A DNA stretch of 64,000 nt from the NCBI GenBank assembly GCA_035447925.1, contig DAOTHY010000003.1:1474-65473 (forward strand). Direction: 5' to 3'. Shown here one piece after another: positions 49,883 through 59,478 of this stretch. The stretch comes from Thermotogota bacterium. Lineage in GTDB: Bacteria; Thermotogota; Thermotogae; MWEM01. The notes under the pieces were generated by a model that did no database searches, was not told the DNA's origin, and saw only the letters and a program-made list of their open reading frames with translations. The translations under genes and the position numbers were made by a program. Position 1 is the stretch's first letter, and each line of letters opens with the position of its first letter.

Positions 49883-51009
49883 AAATAATCTGGAAACGGA
49901 CTGAAGAATTAAAAGCTGGTGAGATTTGTGGGGATGATGTTTTTGATCCCAATAGTTTTGTTTTACTGGCGCATAAATCCAGTATTCTGGATTCAAAAAC
50001 AATTCAATATCTTCAGAGGAGGGAAGTCGAATGGGTTCCTGTAAGAGTTCAGGATGGAGAGGTCAAAGACCAGGATATCATTCTGGAACTGGAAGATGAA
50101 TATGCCAAAGAATCAAAAGCGATTCTCGCTCCCGAACTTCCCCTGATCGTTTCCGATGAGAAATATCACGAATCCATTGCTCGTTTTGAAACGGTGACAA
50201 AATCCTTTCTAAAGACCAACACCTTTCAAAAGGATGAAGTTGTCAATCTCAGTAACGAGTTAGTCAACGAAGTGCTAAAGAGTAATTCCAACGTTTTCAA
50301 TTTCATGACAGACATTGCCCCTGGCTTTATCATCAAACATGGAATCAATACCGCTATCATTGCATGTGTCCTTGCTAAAGCACTAAATAAATCCAGACAT
50401 CTTCTGTTTAAACTGACAAAAGTATCATTGCTCCACGATATCGGTTTAATTTATGCTCAAAAAAACAAGTCTTTGGATTATGTTGAAGATCTTTTCGAGC
50501 AATACAAACACGGGAACTTAAACCGGGTGAAAATCCATCCCGTTATTGGCGTAAAAATCATCAATAAAGTTTCTCCGGGATTTTTGGAAAAAGACGAAGA
50601 AGATGCGCTGATTGAACATCACGAACGTTATGATGGAAAAGGGTTTCCCATGGGGGCAAAGGGAGAGAAAATTAACGAATTATCCCGTTTGATGGCGATT
50701 CCGGATGCATATGACACCTTGATTACACAGGTCAAGGGAAAACCAACGATGGATCCCTACACCGCCTTAAAATGGATTGTATCCAATTCTAACATTCTCT
50801 TTGATCCTGCTTTTGTCAAAGCTTTTGTTGAGATTACGGGAATTTATCCCACAGGTACACTAGTCAAACTTAGTAACGGTCAACGGGGAACGGTTATTTC
50901 CAAAGGAGGGAAAGCGATAGGTCGGCCTGTAATCCTTGTGGACGATGAAGAAATATCATTGGCGGAAAAAGATCAATTATTCATCACCGAGGTGCTTGGT
51001 ATTGATTAA
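49855..51009 (+). CDS. HD-GYP-domain phosphodiesterase (DUF3391-type N-terminal domain)
   Basis: HDIG and HHERYDGKGFP motifs. An alternative TTG start at 49879 overlaps the upstream stop. Confidence 0.8.
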   Translation: MGREGDTNLKIIWKRTEELKAGEICGDDVFDPNSFVLLAHKSSILDSKTIQYLQRREVEWVPVRVQDGEVKDQDIILELEDEYAKESKAILAPELPLIVSDEKYHESIARFETVTKSFLKTNTFQKDEVVNLSNELVNEVLKSNSNVFNFMTDIAPGFIIKHGINTAIIACVLAKALNKSRHLLFKLTKVSLLHDIGLIYAQKNKSLDYVEDLFEQYKHGNLNRVKIHPVIGVKIINKVSPGFLEKDEEDALIEHHERYDGKGFPMGAKGEKINELSRLMAIPDAYDTLITQVKGKPTMDPYTALKWIVSNSNILFDPAFVKAFVEITGIYPTGTLVKLSNGQRGTVISKGGKAIGRPVILVDDEEISLAEKDQLFITEVLGID

Positions 51010-52081
51010 ATGGAAACAAGTCAAAACCTTAAGAGAAGGAGATGTCTGTTCAGAAACGATTTTGGGCAATGTGCCAGAGGACATTGTCATTAGAAATGGT
51101 GAAAGAATAACCTTATTAACCATCCAGAAACTTATTGGCAGAGGGATTGACTGGATATCGGTTTTCGATGATGAAGAAGAGTACGACACCGCAGTGAACG
51201 ACCTTTTTAGCGAAGAAAAGCTGGAGAAATTTTCCAGCGAATTGTCACAGGTGTGTGAAGAAACCCTGAAAGAGGGCAGAATCGATATCGATAAGACAAA
51301 GCACATTAGTGATGAGATCAACAAAGAAATTATTGAAGAATACGGTGAATATGTTGTTCCTTCTCTGGTAAAACTGAAAAAAATGGATGATTATACCTTC
51401 ACTCATCAAGTGAATGTTGCCATTATTGCCACCATTTTAGCCACTGAAAAATATGGTAAAGAGAAAGATGTTATCGAGAAGTTTACCATGGGTGGTTTGC
51501 TACATGATATGGGGAAATTGTGGATTCCCGAAGAAATTATTAAGAGTAACGAGCGTTTAAAATCATTTGAGTTTGATATCATCAAAAAACACCCTGAATA
51601 TGGGTACAAGATTGCAGTAACTTCCGGGTTAGAAAACCAAGCGATATTGAATGCCATCAAGTATCACCATGAAAGATGGGATGGTAAGGGATATCCTGAA
51701 GGTTTGGCACAATTGGGTATTCCTCTGGAAGGTAGACTCTTAATGGTGGCGGATGTCTACGATGCTTTAACGACCAGAAGACCTTATAAAGAGCCTTGGG
51801 AGCCTTATGAAGCCGTCAGCTTTATTGTAAAGCAATCTAAAAAAATGTTTGATTCGGAAATTGTGAGATTATTCTTATTGTCCTTTGGACTTTATCCAGT
51901 AAACACAAAAGTGATTTTAACAACGGGTGAACTGGCACTCGTAGTAGCCAACAAGCGAGGGTCAATAACGAGGCCTATTGTGAAAGTGATCCGGAAGAAT
52001 CAAGAAGTGGATATTGATTTATCAAAAGATGATAAAGTCAGCATCAAAAAGGTCTTGAAAGTAAGAATGTTGAGGGATTAA
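51002..52081 (+). CDS. HD-GYP-domain phosphodiesterase (second tandem paralog)
   Basis: HDMGK and HHERWDGKGYP motifs. Probable TTG start overlapping the stop of the upstream paralog. Confidence 0.8.
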   Translation: MIKWKQVKTLREGDVCSETILGNVPEDIVIRNGERITLLTIQKLIGRGIDWISVFDDEEEYDTAVNDLFSEEKLEKFSSELSQVCEETLKEGRIDIDKTKHISDEINKEIIEEYGEYVVPSLVKLKKMDDYTFTHQVNVAIIATILATEKYGKEKDVIEKFTMGGLLHDMGKLWIPEEIIKSNERLKSFEFDIIKKHPEYGYKIAVTSGLENQAILNAIKYHHERWDGKGYPEGLAQLGIPLEGRLLMVADVYDALTTRRPYKEPWEPYEAVSFIVKQSKKMFDSEIVRLFLLSFGLYPVNTKVILTTGELALVVANKRGSITRPIVKVIRKNQEVDIDLSKDDKVSIKKVLKVRMLRD

Positions 52082-52092
52082 AGAAAGACGGG

Positions 52093-53355
52093 GTGATCGT
52101 TATTATTTCTCAAATTCAACTACAAGAATTGACACCGGGTCTGTATTTGCCAGAGTACCGTGAAAGATCTATTGTAAATTTGTCCAATTTCGTATTAAAA
52201 TTCTTTCGTTGTCCTACCCGCTATCCTTCATTGGAAATTAAAGACAAAATAAAAAATCCTGAAAATAAAAAGAAGATGATTATGTTCGTAATTGATGCCA
52301 TCGGGTGGGAAAACCTTCAAGAGAGTGCAAGTCAGTCTCCCTCTTTGCGTGAAGATCTAAGCATTTTTGAGCAAGAAATCCTGACAAGTGTTTTCCCAAC
52401 GACCACAACGGCAGCATTAACCTCTTATTGTACAGCGCTTCCTCCTCTTGAACATGGGATGCTGGGTTATACCTTGTTTCTCACGGATTATTCCTCTTTG
52501 GTCAATATGATTATGTTAGCACCGCCTGATTTCGAAAGAGATTCATTAATCCCAAGGGGATTAAATCCCCTCAAATTCTTAAATATACCCACTATTTTTG
52601 AAACCTTACAGGGAAATGGCGTTAAATGTTGGACGATTACATCTGATTTGTTTTCAGAATCTGGACTAACCAAAATGCATCATAAAGGCTCTTCGAAACG
52701 TACCTATTCGGGTATGCTGGAGATGTTTTATCAATTATTGAGAACGATTGAAGAAGAGGACTCCAGGACATTTATTTTCGTCTATTGGGGATTGACGGAC
52801 ACTGATGGGCATCATTGGGGTACACAATCACGTCCTTATCAGGGAGGGATTGAATATCTCTTCAGAATGCTCAGAAGAGAGGTTATTGACAGGCTAAGTC
52901 AGGAACAATTGAAACATACTGTTTTTTTACTCAGTTCGGATCACGGCCAAATTGATACGACTTGGGAAGATGAAGAATGGATTACTTCTGAAGATGAATT
53001 GTTTCAAAATTTTGTTCACCCACCGATCGCAGGTGAACCTCGGGCGGTTTATTTCAACGTAAGAGATAAAGAAGGTTTTTCCGATTACTTCAATCAACGC
53101 TTTTCAAAAAGATTTTTTTTGATGGATAGAAACAAGGCTATCGATGCGAACCTCTTTTCAAGCGCTACCTATCCTCTGAGCATTTCAGATCGGATGTTGA
53201 AAGAGCATCAATATCGCTTGGGGGATTTCGTTGCCATTGCGAAAGAGAGGTATTCTTTGCATTTTAAACATCATGGGAAATCGTACACTTTAAAAGGAAA
53301 ACACGGTTCCTTAACGCAACGCGAACTGATGGTACCACTTTTGATTTACTCGTAG
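52093..53355 (+). CDS. alkaline-phosphatase-superfamily protein (type I phosphodiesterase/nucleotide pyrophosphatase-like)
   Basis: FVIDAIGWENL metal-ligand Asp and FPTTTTAALTS nucleophile region. Downstream HxxxxD/H clusters (SSDHGQ). Confidence 0.6.
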   Translation: MIVIISQIQLQELTPGLYLPEYRERSIVNLSNFVLKFFRCPTRYPSLEIKDKIKNPENKKKMIMFVIDAIGWENLQESASQSPSLREDLSIFEQEILTSVFPTTTTAALTSYCTALPPLEHGMLGYTLFLTDYSSLVNMIMLAPPDFERDSLIPRGLNPLKFLNIPTIFETLQGNGVKCWTITSDLFSESGLTKMHHKGSSKRTYSGMLEMFYQLLRTIEEEDSRTFIFVYWGLTDTDGHHWGTQSRPYQGGIEYLFRMLRREVIDRLSQEQLKHTVFLLSSDHGQIDTTWEDEEWITSEDELFQNFVHPPIAGEPRAVYFNVRDKEGFSDYFNQRFSKRFFLMDRNKAIDANLFSSATYPLSISDRMLKEHQYRLGDFVAIAKERYSLHFKHHGKSYTLKGKHGSLTQRELMVPLLIYS

Positions 53356-53402
53356 ATAAAAAAACAGCCATATTCCACAGTCCCGGCAAAGGATTTGATA
53401 AC

Positions 53403-54206
53403 ATGGCAACAAGAATGAACGTGATTTTATTAAGAGATTTTGCCCTTTTGGGAAAAAAGGGTGATTTTGTTGAAATAGAAAGTGATTATGCCAACTCCTA
53501 CCTAATACCAGAAGGGATTGTCAAACAAATAACCGACAAAAGCATGATCATGGAGTTAAAAGAAAAACAAAAGCTCCGTCAAAAAGAAAGACAACAAGCC
53601 TTATCAGAAGATTCCAAAGCGTTATTATACCAATACAATGATCCGGCGGCTGTTTTGGAAAATCATCCAATTATGGGGAAACTCCCTCCAATGGATTTCT
53701 CAGTGCATTTGCGTCATGCTCAAAAACAACAAATGAGCTGGGAATGGTATCCCCCACATCGATTGAACAGACTCCCTGCAGGCTACAAATTTGTCATTCT
53801 GCAATACAAAGGAACTCGATATCTGGGAACCTTTCATTATCTTCAACAGCTCATGATCAGAAAAGTTCATTCGCCTTTAATCATTGATGGTTCGAATTTG
53901 GGATGGGTAAAAGGCAAACCAGCAATGGATCCGATATTTGATCTGTATGAATATATATCAGATAAATCAGAGAAATTTTTCTTCCCCTTTTTTTGGGCTT
54001 TTGACAAGTCTTTTAAAAGAAAATTATCAAAAACCGAGGGACGAGAGTTAAGCGAATTTTGCAGCTGGGGCGGGACCAAAATAGTAGATTACGCTGATGT
54101 TGAAATCTTTAAATTAGCGAAAAAACATCGAACCAAGTACATCTTTTCTCAGGATCATTTTAAGCAGTATCATACTGAATTTTTTACGAGAATCACATAC
54201 AGATAA
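53403..54206 (+). CDS. fusion protein: ribosomal protein L9 N-terminal domain + Zc3h12a-like NYN ribonuclease domain
   Basis: Residues ~5-80 (MNVILLRDFALLGKKGDFVEIESDYANSYLIPEGI..+long helix) align position-by-position with bL9 N-domain and linker helix ([30 protein letters not shown]). The C-terminal ~150 aa carries the NYN/Regnase pattern: IIDGSNLGW (cf. VIDGSNVAMSHG), FFPFFW (cf. VFVPSW), and IVDYADVEIFKLA...SQDHF (cf. VCYDDRFIVKLA...SNDTY). Confidence 0.7.
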   Translation: MATRMNVILLRDFALLGKKGDFVEIESDYANSYLIPEGIVKQITDKSMIMELKEKQKLRQKERQQALSEDSKALLYQYNDPAAVLENHPIMGKLPPMDFSVHLRHAQKQQMSWEWYPPHRLNRLPAGYKFVILQYKGTRYLGTFHYLQQLMIRKVHSPLIIDGSNLGWVKGKPAMDPIFDLYEYISDKSEKFFFPFFWAFDKSFKRKLSKTEGRELSEFCSWGGTKIVDYADVEIFKLAKKHRTKYIFSQDHFKQYHTEFFTRITYR

Positions 54207-54217
54207 GGCCACGAGGG

Positions 54218-55396
54218 GTGATTAAGATGGACAAATCAGAAGCCTTGCAAAAAGAAAATGAACATTTAAAGAAACGAATATTTGAGCTTGAACAGGAATT
54301 GAACGAACAAGATGCTTTGAATTTCCGTTGGGCGGGTAATTTAGGAAGATGGGAATTGAATTTAAAAACCAAACAAGTGCGTTACAATTCTTTAAAGATT
54401 AAGGCTTTAGGTTATGAGGAAGGTGAATTCAATCCGGATATGTATGGTTTTGTTAATCGAATCCACAAAGACGATTACGGGAAAACCATGCAAGCCATGA
54501 GAGATCATATCACTGGAAAAGAACCGGTGTATGAGGCTGAATACAGAATCAAAACTAAAAATGGAGATTATCGAACGTTTTACGACAGGGGTAAGATTAT
54601 CAAGTTTGATGAATCAGGTGATGCGGAAATAGTAGCCGGGATTGTATTTGATATATCCGAGAAAAGGAAGATTGAAGAACAGCTGAAAGAAAGTGTGAAA
54701 CAACTGAAATGGGAAAACAACCTAACCAACCAAATCTTATCCATCATATCGCATGATCTAAGAGGAACCATCGGTGCTATTTCCTCGCTGATTGATCTGC
54801 TGTTGAATGAAGAGTACGAATTAGCTCCCACTGAAAAAGACCGTTTTCTATCAGATATGAACATTTCTGCCAAATCTTCTCTTTCTATTTTGGAGAATTT
54901 GCTCAATTGGTCACGTAATGTGAAAGGAAAGATTAAAGCGGATTTTTTGGTATTCAACCTGAATGAAGTGATCAATGATGTTTTGAGTTTTAATAAAAGT
55001 GTCTTTCGCACCAAATCCATTAGCTTATCGAACAACCTCAGCGAACTTATGTATATTAAAGGTGATCGCGACATGATTCATACCGTAATCAGGAATGTGA
55101 TTTCGAATGCCTTAAAATTCACACAAAAGAACGGATATATTCAGATTGATCAGAACAAAGACGATGAAAAATTCTATATTACCGTGAAAGACACCGGTGT
55201 TGGTATGGATGAGAAGAGACTGAAAGAAATCAATTCACCAAAAGTCAAATCAATGGAGGGGACTGACGGAGAAACGGGGACAGGGTTAGGGTTAGCTTTG
55301 GTTAGGGAATTTCTGGAGAAAAACAAAGGAAGTTTGGAAATACAAAGTGTTAAAGGAGAAGGGACAAAAATAATAATAGGATTGGAACAAGCATAA
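54218..55396 (+). CDS. cytoplasmic PAS-domain sensor histidine kinase
   Basis: Coiled coil, PAS, H-box ISHDLRGTIGAI and HATPase_c (DTGVGM, GTGLGL). No cognate response regulator adjacent. Confidence 0.8.
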   Translation: MIKMDKSEALQKENEHLKKRIFELEQELNEQDALNFRWAGNLGRWELNLKTKQVRYNSLKIKALGYEEGEFNPDMYGFVNRIHKDDYGKTMQAMRDHITGKEPVYEAEYRIKTKNGDYRTFYDRGKIIKFDESGDAEIVAGIVFDISEKRKIEEQLKESVKQLKWENNLTNQILSIISHDLRGTIGAISSLIDLLLNEEYELAPTEKDRFLSDMNISAKSSLSILENLLNWSRNVKGKIKADFLVFNLNEVINDVLSFNKSVFRTKSISLSNNLSELMYIKGDRDMIHTVIRNVISNALKFTQKNGYIQIDQNKDDEKFYITVKDTGVGMDEKRLKEINSPKVKSMEGTDGETGTGLGLALVREFLEKNKGSLEIQSVKGEGTKIIIGLEQA

Positions 55397-55881
55397 AAAA
55401 ATAGGCACAGCTGATGAAGTTGATTTTGTTCATTGAAGAAAGCGTTAGAATAAGATTTTTTAAAAAGTGATTATGGAGTTAATATAGAAGGTTCGTGCTG
55501 TACCTATTTTAAAAAAACATTTAATTGATTTAATAGCAAAACTATAAACATTCCATCAAAAAACAGGAAGATCCTGATTGATTAAACTTTTTTTTTGCTC
55601 ATTTGCTATCGCAAGTACTATACAACATATAATTCGGTTTGTCAAGTATTATCTTTTAATTTTTGTTTTCCGTTTGGTTTATTTTTTCTATGAACCGCCG
55701 GATTAGGGATATACAAATCAATATAGAGTTCTTTGTTGCTCAGGTTTTGAATGAATAACAAGAATATTTGATTTCAAAAAAGTAAAAATATCAACAATGT
55801 CTTGTGGTTGTGCGTTTGATTGTACAAATAGAGATTTTTAGTTGTATAATCGAATAAAATTAAAAAAAAGGAGAATGGCAA

Positions 55882-57267
55882 GTGGTTGAACTCGATATCA
55901 AGAAGGCATTAAAATTATCAATGATAGAAGGTGCAGGAGCGAGTGTTTTTTTAATACTCATTCAAGGTTTTGTTTTTACAAAAATAGCCCTTGAATTTGG
56001 AGTGGATGAGCTTCTTCTTGGTTTTTTAATGGGGATACAACTACTTAGTCAGGTGTTTCAAATCTTTGTACCGGCCATTATCAATCGTCTTCATAAAAGA
56101 AAACCCTTTGTTTTATTTTTTATTGCTGTATCCAGAGTTTTTTGGCTCCTGTTGCTCGTCATGTCTATTGTGGGGTGGGTGAATCAGGAATTATTCATCA
56201 GTATTATTTCATTAAGTTTTATCTTTGGTGCATTTGCCGGTAACGCCTGGACTTCTTGGATGCGAGATCTGATACCGGATAATAAAATGGGTTCTTTTTT
56301 TGGACTTCGAAATCTTATCAACACAGCGGTTTCTTTGATCTTTACCTGGATTTTTTCAAGAATTCTTGAACACAGTCCGAATATACACGGGGTGCGATGG
56401 GTTATCCTGATTGGCTTTATTTGCGCAATTTGGAGTTTGTTTTTCTTATCTCGCCAATATGAACCACCGCTAAAGGATACACAATCGGGTAATTTTTTTA
56501 AATATATCATTTCAGATCGGAATTATGTTCGCCTCATTATTTTTGGTGCATTCTGGAATTTCGCCATATTGTTTACAGCGCCATTTTTTTCATATCATCA
56601 GATTGAAAATCTAAAAATGAGTTTTTCATTTTTAGGATACCTCTCGATCACCTTCAGCGGTGTGATGATTTTGACGGTCATATTTTGGGGGAAACTGGCT
56701 GACAGAATTGGACATAAAAATGTATTAAGAATTGGGGTTGTTTTGGCATCAGCCGTCTCTATTATGTGGTTTTTTATGTCACCGCAAACATTGCATGTGT
56801 TGATGTGGGTGGATTCTTTCTTGGCAGGAACAGCCTGGTCTGCCATTAACCTGTCTATTTTTACCTTACCGTTGATTATCGGCGGCAAATCTGCCGGTCT
56901 CATTTACGGGTTCTTTTCAGCGTTTAACGGGATTTTTGGGTTTCTTGGTTCAATTTTGGGGGGGATAGCGGCAAAATCATTATCCGGATTTTCATTTAAA
57001 TTTGCCGAAATGGATATGAACGGGTTACAGATTATGTTTTTAGCGGGAGGCTTGATGCGTCTCAGCTCTTTATTTTTTCTTAATAAAATCCAGGTCACCG
57101 GACACATTAGATTGCGCACGGTCCTTGGACAAAGAGTGGTTGATATTAACCGCAGATTATCTCGTGATTTGTTTGAACCGATACCCAGGTACATGTACAT
57201 GAAATCCTTAGAAATCATGGCACCGAAGAAAGCTCAGTACATCAAGAATGAAAGATCGCTTTTGTAA
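55882..57267 (+). CDS. MFS-family transporter
   Basis: 12 predicted TM helices in a 6+6 arrangement. GTG start behind AAAAAAGGAGA. 485-bp AT-rich leader upstream. Confidence 0.7.
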   Translation: MVELDIKKALKLSMIEGAGASVFLILIQGFVFTKIALEFGVDELLLGFLMGIQLLSQVFQIFVPAIINRLHKRKPFVLFFIAVSRVFWLLLLVMSIVGWVNQELFISIISLSFIFGAFAGNAWTSWMRDLIPDNKMGSFFGLRNLINTAVSLIFTWIFSRILEHSPNIHGVRWVILIGFICAIWSLFFLSRQYEPPLKDTQSGNFFKYIISDRNYVRLIIFGAFWNFAILFTAPFFSYHQIENLKMSFSFLGYLSITFSGVMILTVIFWGKLADRIGHKNVLRIGVVLASAVSIMWFFMSPQTLHVLMWVDSFLAGTAWSAINLSIFTLPLIIGGKSAGLIYGFFSAFNGIFGFLGSILGGIAAKSLSGFSFKFAEMDMNGLQIMFLAGGLMRLSSLFFLNKIQVTGHIRLRTVLGQRVVDINRRLSRDLFEPIPRYMYMKSLEIMAPKKAQYIKNERSLL

Positions 57268-57276
57268 ATAAAAAAA

Positions 57277-57309
57277 AATGTGGGAGTTTTTTTCAAAAAC
57301 TCCCACATT
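57277..57309 (-). terminator. strong hairpin terminator (minus strand; also ends MFS gene on plus strand)
   Basis: AATGTGGGAGTTTT-loop-AAAACTCCCACATT 14-bp stem. On the minus strand it is followed by a U9 tract. Confidence 0.7.
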
Positions 57310-57331
57310 CGATATATGAACAATACTAACG

Positions 57332-57445
57332 GTTAAAATCTCTCAGAAAACCAATAAGTCATATTTCTTGCTTGCTCAATCCCTTTAACGATTAAATCTT
57401 CTTCAACAAGGTTCTTTTTCGTATACGTTTTGAAAATTTTCATCA
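57332..57445 (-). CDS. small ORF (37 aa) with strong Shine-Dalgarno site, unknown function
   Basis: AAAGGAGG-N5-ATGATGAAA...; MMKIFKTYTKKNLVEEDLIVKGIEQARNMTYWFSERF. Lies between the GGDEF gene and the terminator. Confidence 0.3.
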
Positions 57446-57524
57446 TTCATTCCTCCTTTTTACTATCCGTCATTTCATTCCTAAATCACACTGAAGTTTG
57501 AAATTCTGTCTTGTCAAAAAATGT

Positions 57525-57632
57525 TTAGTGCAGTCCTTGCATTGTCCAAAAAAATCTTTCTTTTTCCCTTTCAATTTGTTCTTCTATGGGTACTTTACTA
57601 TATTCTCTAATATGGAAGCTATTCTTTTTCAT
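57525..57632 (-). CDS. small ORF (35 aa) with strong Shine-Dalgarno site, unknown function
   Basis: AAAGGAGGG-N7-ATG; MKKNSFHIREYSKVPIEEQIEREKERFFWTMQGLH. Confidence 0.3.
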   Translation of the reverse strand: MKKNSFHIREYSKVPIEEQIEREKERFFWTMQGLH

Positions 57633-57727
57633 TATTATTCCCTCCTTTTAATGTCTTGATATAATAGACGGGTTAACCTTCTATAATATTTCAAGGTTTA
57701 ACTATAAATAATAATCGATGCGCTATT

Positions 57728-59398
57728 TTATTGACTCGGATTTTTCCTTTTCTTTTGTTCATACATTTTGGAATCAGCGATTTGAATCATCTTTTCCAAA
57801 TCATCGTTGTGGTTATCATTGATCAGCGTGATCCCATAACTGATGGATAATGTCAGATCTTCGTGTATGATTTTTCCCTTTTCGTTAAGTATGGATTGAA
57901 TCCTTTGAAGTATTTTTTCCGCTTTTGCTTCATCAGCTTTGATCAAAGCGATCACAAATTCATCTCCACCGATTCTTGAGATCAGATCTTCTGATCGGGT
58001 GCACATGAGAAGTGTTTCTCCGAGAAGGTTTAATGCCTTATCACCAAGGTTATGACCATAGTGATCGTTGATTTTCTTTAGGTGATCCATGTCAACGAAG
58101 ACCAAAGACCAAGGATAAATGTCTTCGTTCATGAGGGGAATAATCTTTCTAAAAAATGTTCTTCTGTTTTCAACGCCGGTTAATTCATCGTGAGAAGCTA
58201 AAACTTCTAATCGGTCTTTTGCGATTTGCAGATTTTTATTAACCTTGTTTTGTTTTTTTATCAGTGAGGTGATACGATGAGACATTATTTTAAAGGCGTT
58301 TCCTAACTTTTCAGTTTCTACGAAATCCGCATGTTTATCAATGTCCGATAAACCGGATGCTGGATTTTTTTCGTAATCGTACACCTTTTTGATGATGATG
58401 TTCAGATTGTGGATCAATCTTTTAACCTGCTGATAGTTGATCAATAGCATAATGATCAAAATGGATGCAATGATGAGATTAAAAAGGACGAGAAAATGAT
58501 TTTTAATCTTGATCAACTGAGAAAAGTCTATTTCGAATTTAGTCCTAACAACGGGAGAAATTTCTTCAGGGTTAAAAAAATCTGAGTAAAGACTGGTGTA
58601 AACCAGGAATGTTTCCTTTGAGTGTTCTTTGTAGCTGTAGAGAGTGCTGTTTTCAGCCTTTTTAAACATCCTGATATCATCATTGGTGAGTTGGGGGAAA
58701 TTCCCAAAGGGTTCGTGAGAAACGGTGTATACCGATATATTCTCAAGATAATCTGTGTTGTTTCCGAAGGCTATAAATTGATCGATAAATTTTTCTAGGG
58801 TATTGTCCTGAAGTCTTAAGCCGATTTCAAAGAAAGAACCATCTGAAAGTCTATAGTACCCATATATCCTTGGAATTCCTGTTTTAACTTCATAGAGCAT
58901 TTTATCAATATGGATATCTCCGATAGGCAAATCTTTTAGAAATTCCCAGTATTTAGGAACTACCTGATTTAATTCAATACCCAAATCATTCGGGTAATTG
59001 GTTTGGACAATAATCCCATCTTTTGAAATTAAATACCAGTCGAGAGATTCTGTTTGTTGATCCGGACTAATGGAATAGGTTTGAAGTTTCTGGGTTATTT
59101 GTTGAGTGGAAGCGTCTCGGTTGTTTTCGTACCAAAGTGTTGTATCTAAGAGGATTTTCTTGATTTGTGATCGATAAGAGTCCTGGAATCCTGCGTTCAT
59201 TTCACTCCAGTTTTTCTGGTATGAAATCACACTGTTTACAAGTGTGTTAAAGACGGGATCAAAGATATATTTGCGATAGCCTTTATCGAAGATGATGTTA
59301 ATGACAATCAAAAAAAGTAAAAGAGATAATGCTAAAGTAATCATTTGTTTTTTTAACAGTGTATAGATAAAACTTCGTTTTTTCAAATCACCCCACAC
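57728..59398 (-). CDS. diguanylate cyclase (GGDEF) with N-terminal double-TM extracytoplasmic sensor domain
   Basis: RIGGDEFV active site. N-terminal TM - ~270 aa loop - TM - GGDEF architecture. Confidence 0.85.
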   Translation of the reverse strand: MWGDLKKRSFIYTLLKKQMITLALSLLLFLIVINIIFDKGYRKYIFDPVFNTLVNSVISYQKNWSEMNAGFQDSYRSQIKKILLDTTLWYENNRDASTQQITQKLQTYSISPDQQTESLDWYLISKDGIIVQTNYPNDLGIELNQVVPKYWEFLKDLPIGDIHIDKMLYEVKTGIPRIYGYYRLSDGSFFEIGLRLQDNTLEKFIDQFIAFGNNTDYLENISVYTVSHEPFGNFPQLTNDDIRMFKKAENSTLYSYKEHSKETFLVYTSLYSDFFNPEEISPVVRTKFEIDFSQLIKIKNHFLVLFNLIIASILIIMLLINYQQVKRLIHNLNIIIKKVYDYEKNPASGLSDIDKHADFVETEKLGNAFKIMSHRITSLIKKQNKVNKNLQIAKDRLEVLASHDELTGVENRRTFFRKIIPLMNEDIYPWSLVFVDMDHLKKINDHYGHNLGDKALNLLGETLLMCTRSEDLISRIGGDEFVIALIKADEAKAEKILQRIQSILNEKGKIIHEDLTLSISYGITLINDNHNDDLEKMIQIADSKMYEQKKRKNPSQ

Positions 59399-59478
59399 CT
59401 TTTTTAAAATACCCTATTGGGTAGACGATTATATCATATGGCAAAAGTGTGGGGTTATGCTTAAAAAAAGAAAGATAA

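Noticed and set aside
59399-59478. TACCC-tatt-GGGTA palindrome upstream of the GGDEF gene
   Set aside because: It is a short 5-bp-arm palindrome in an AT-rich promoter region, and could arise by chance. It is noted only as a possible operator.
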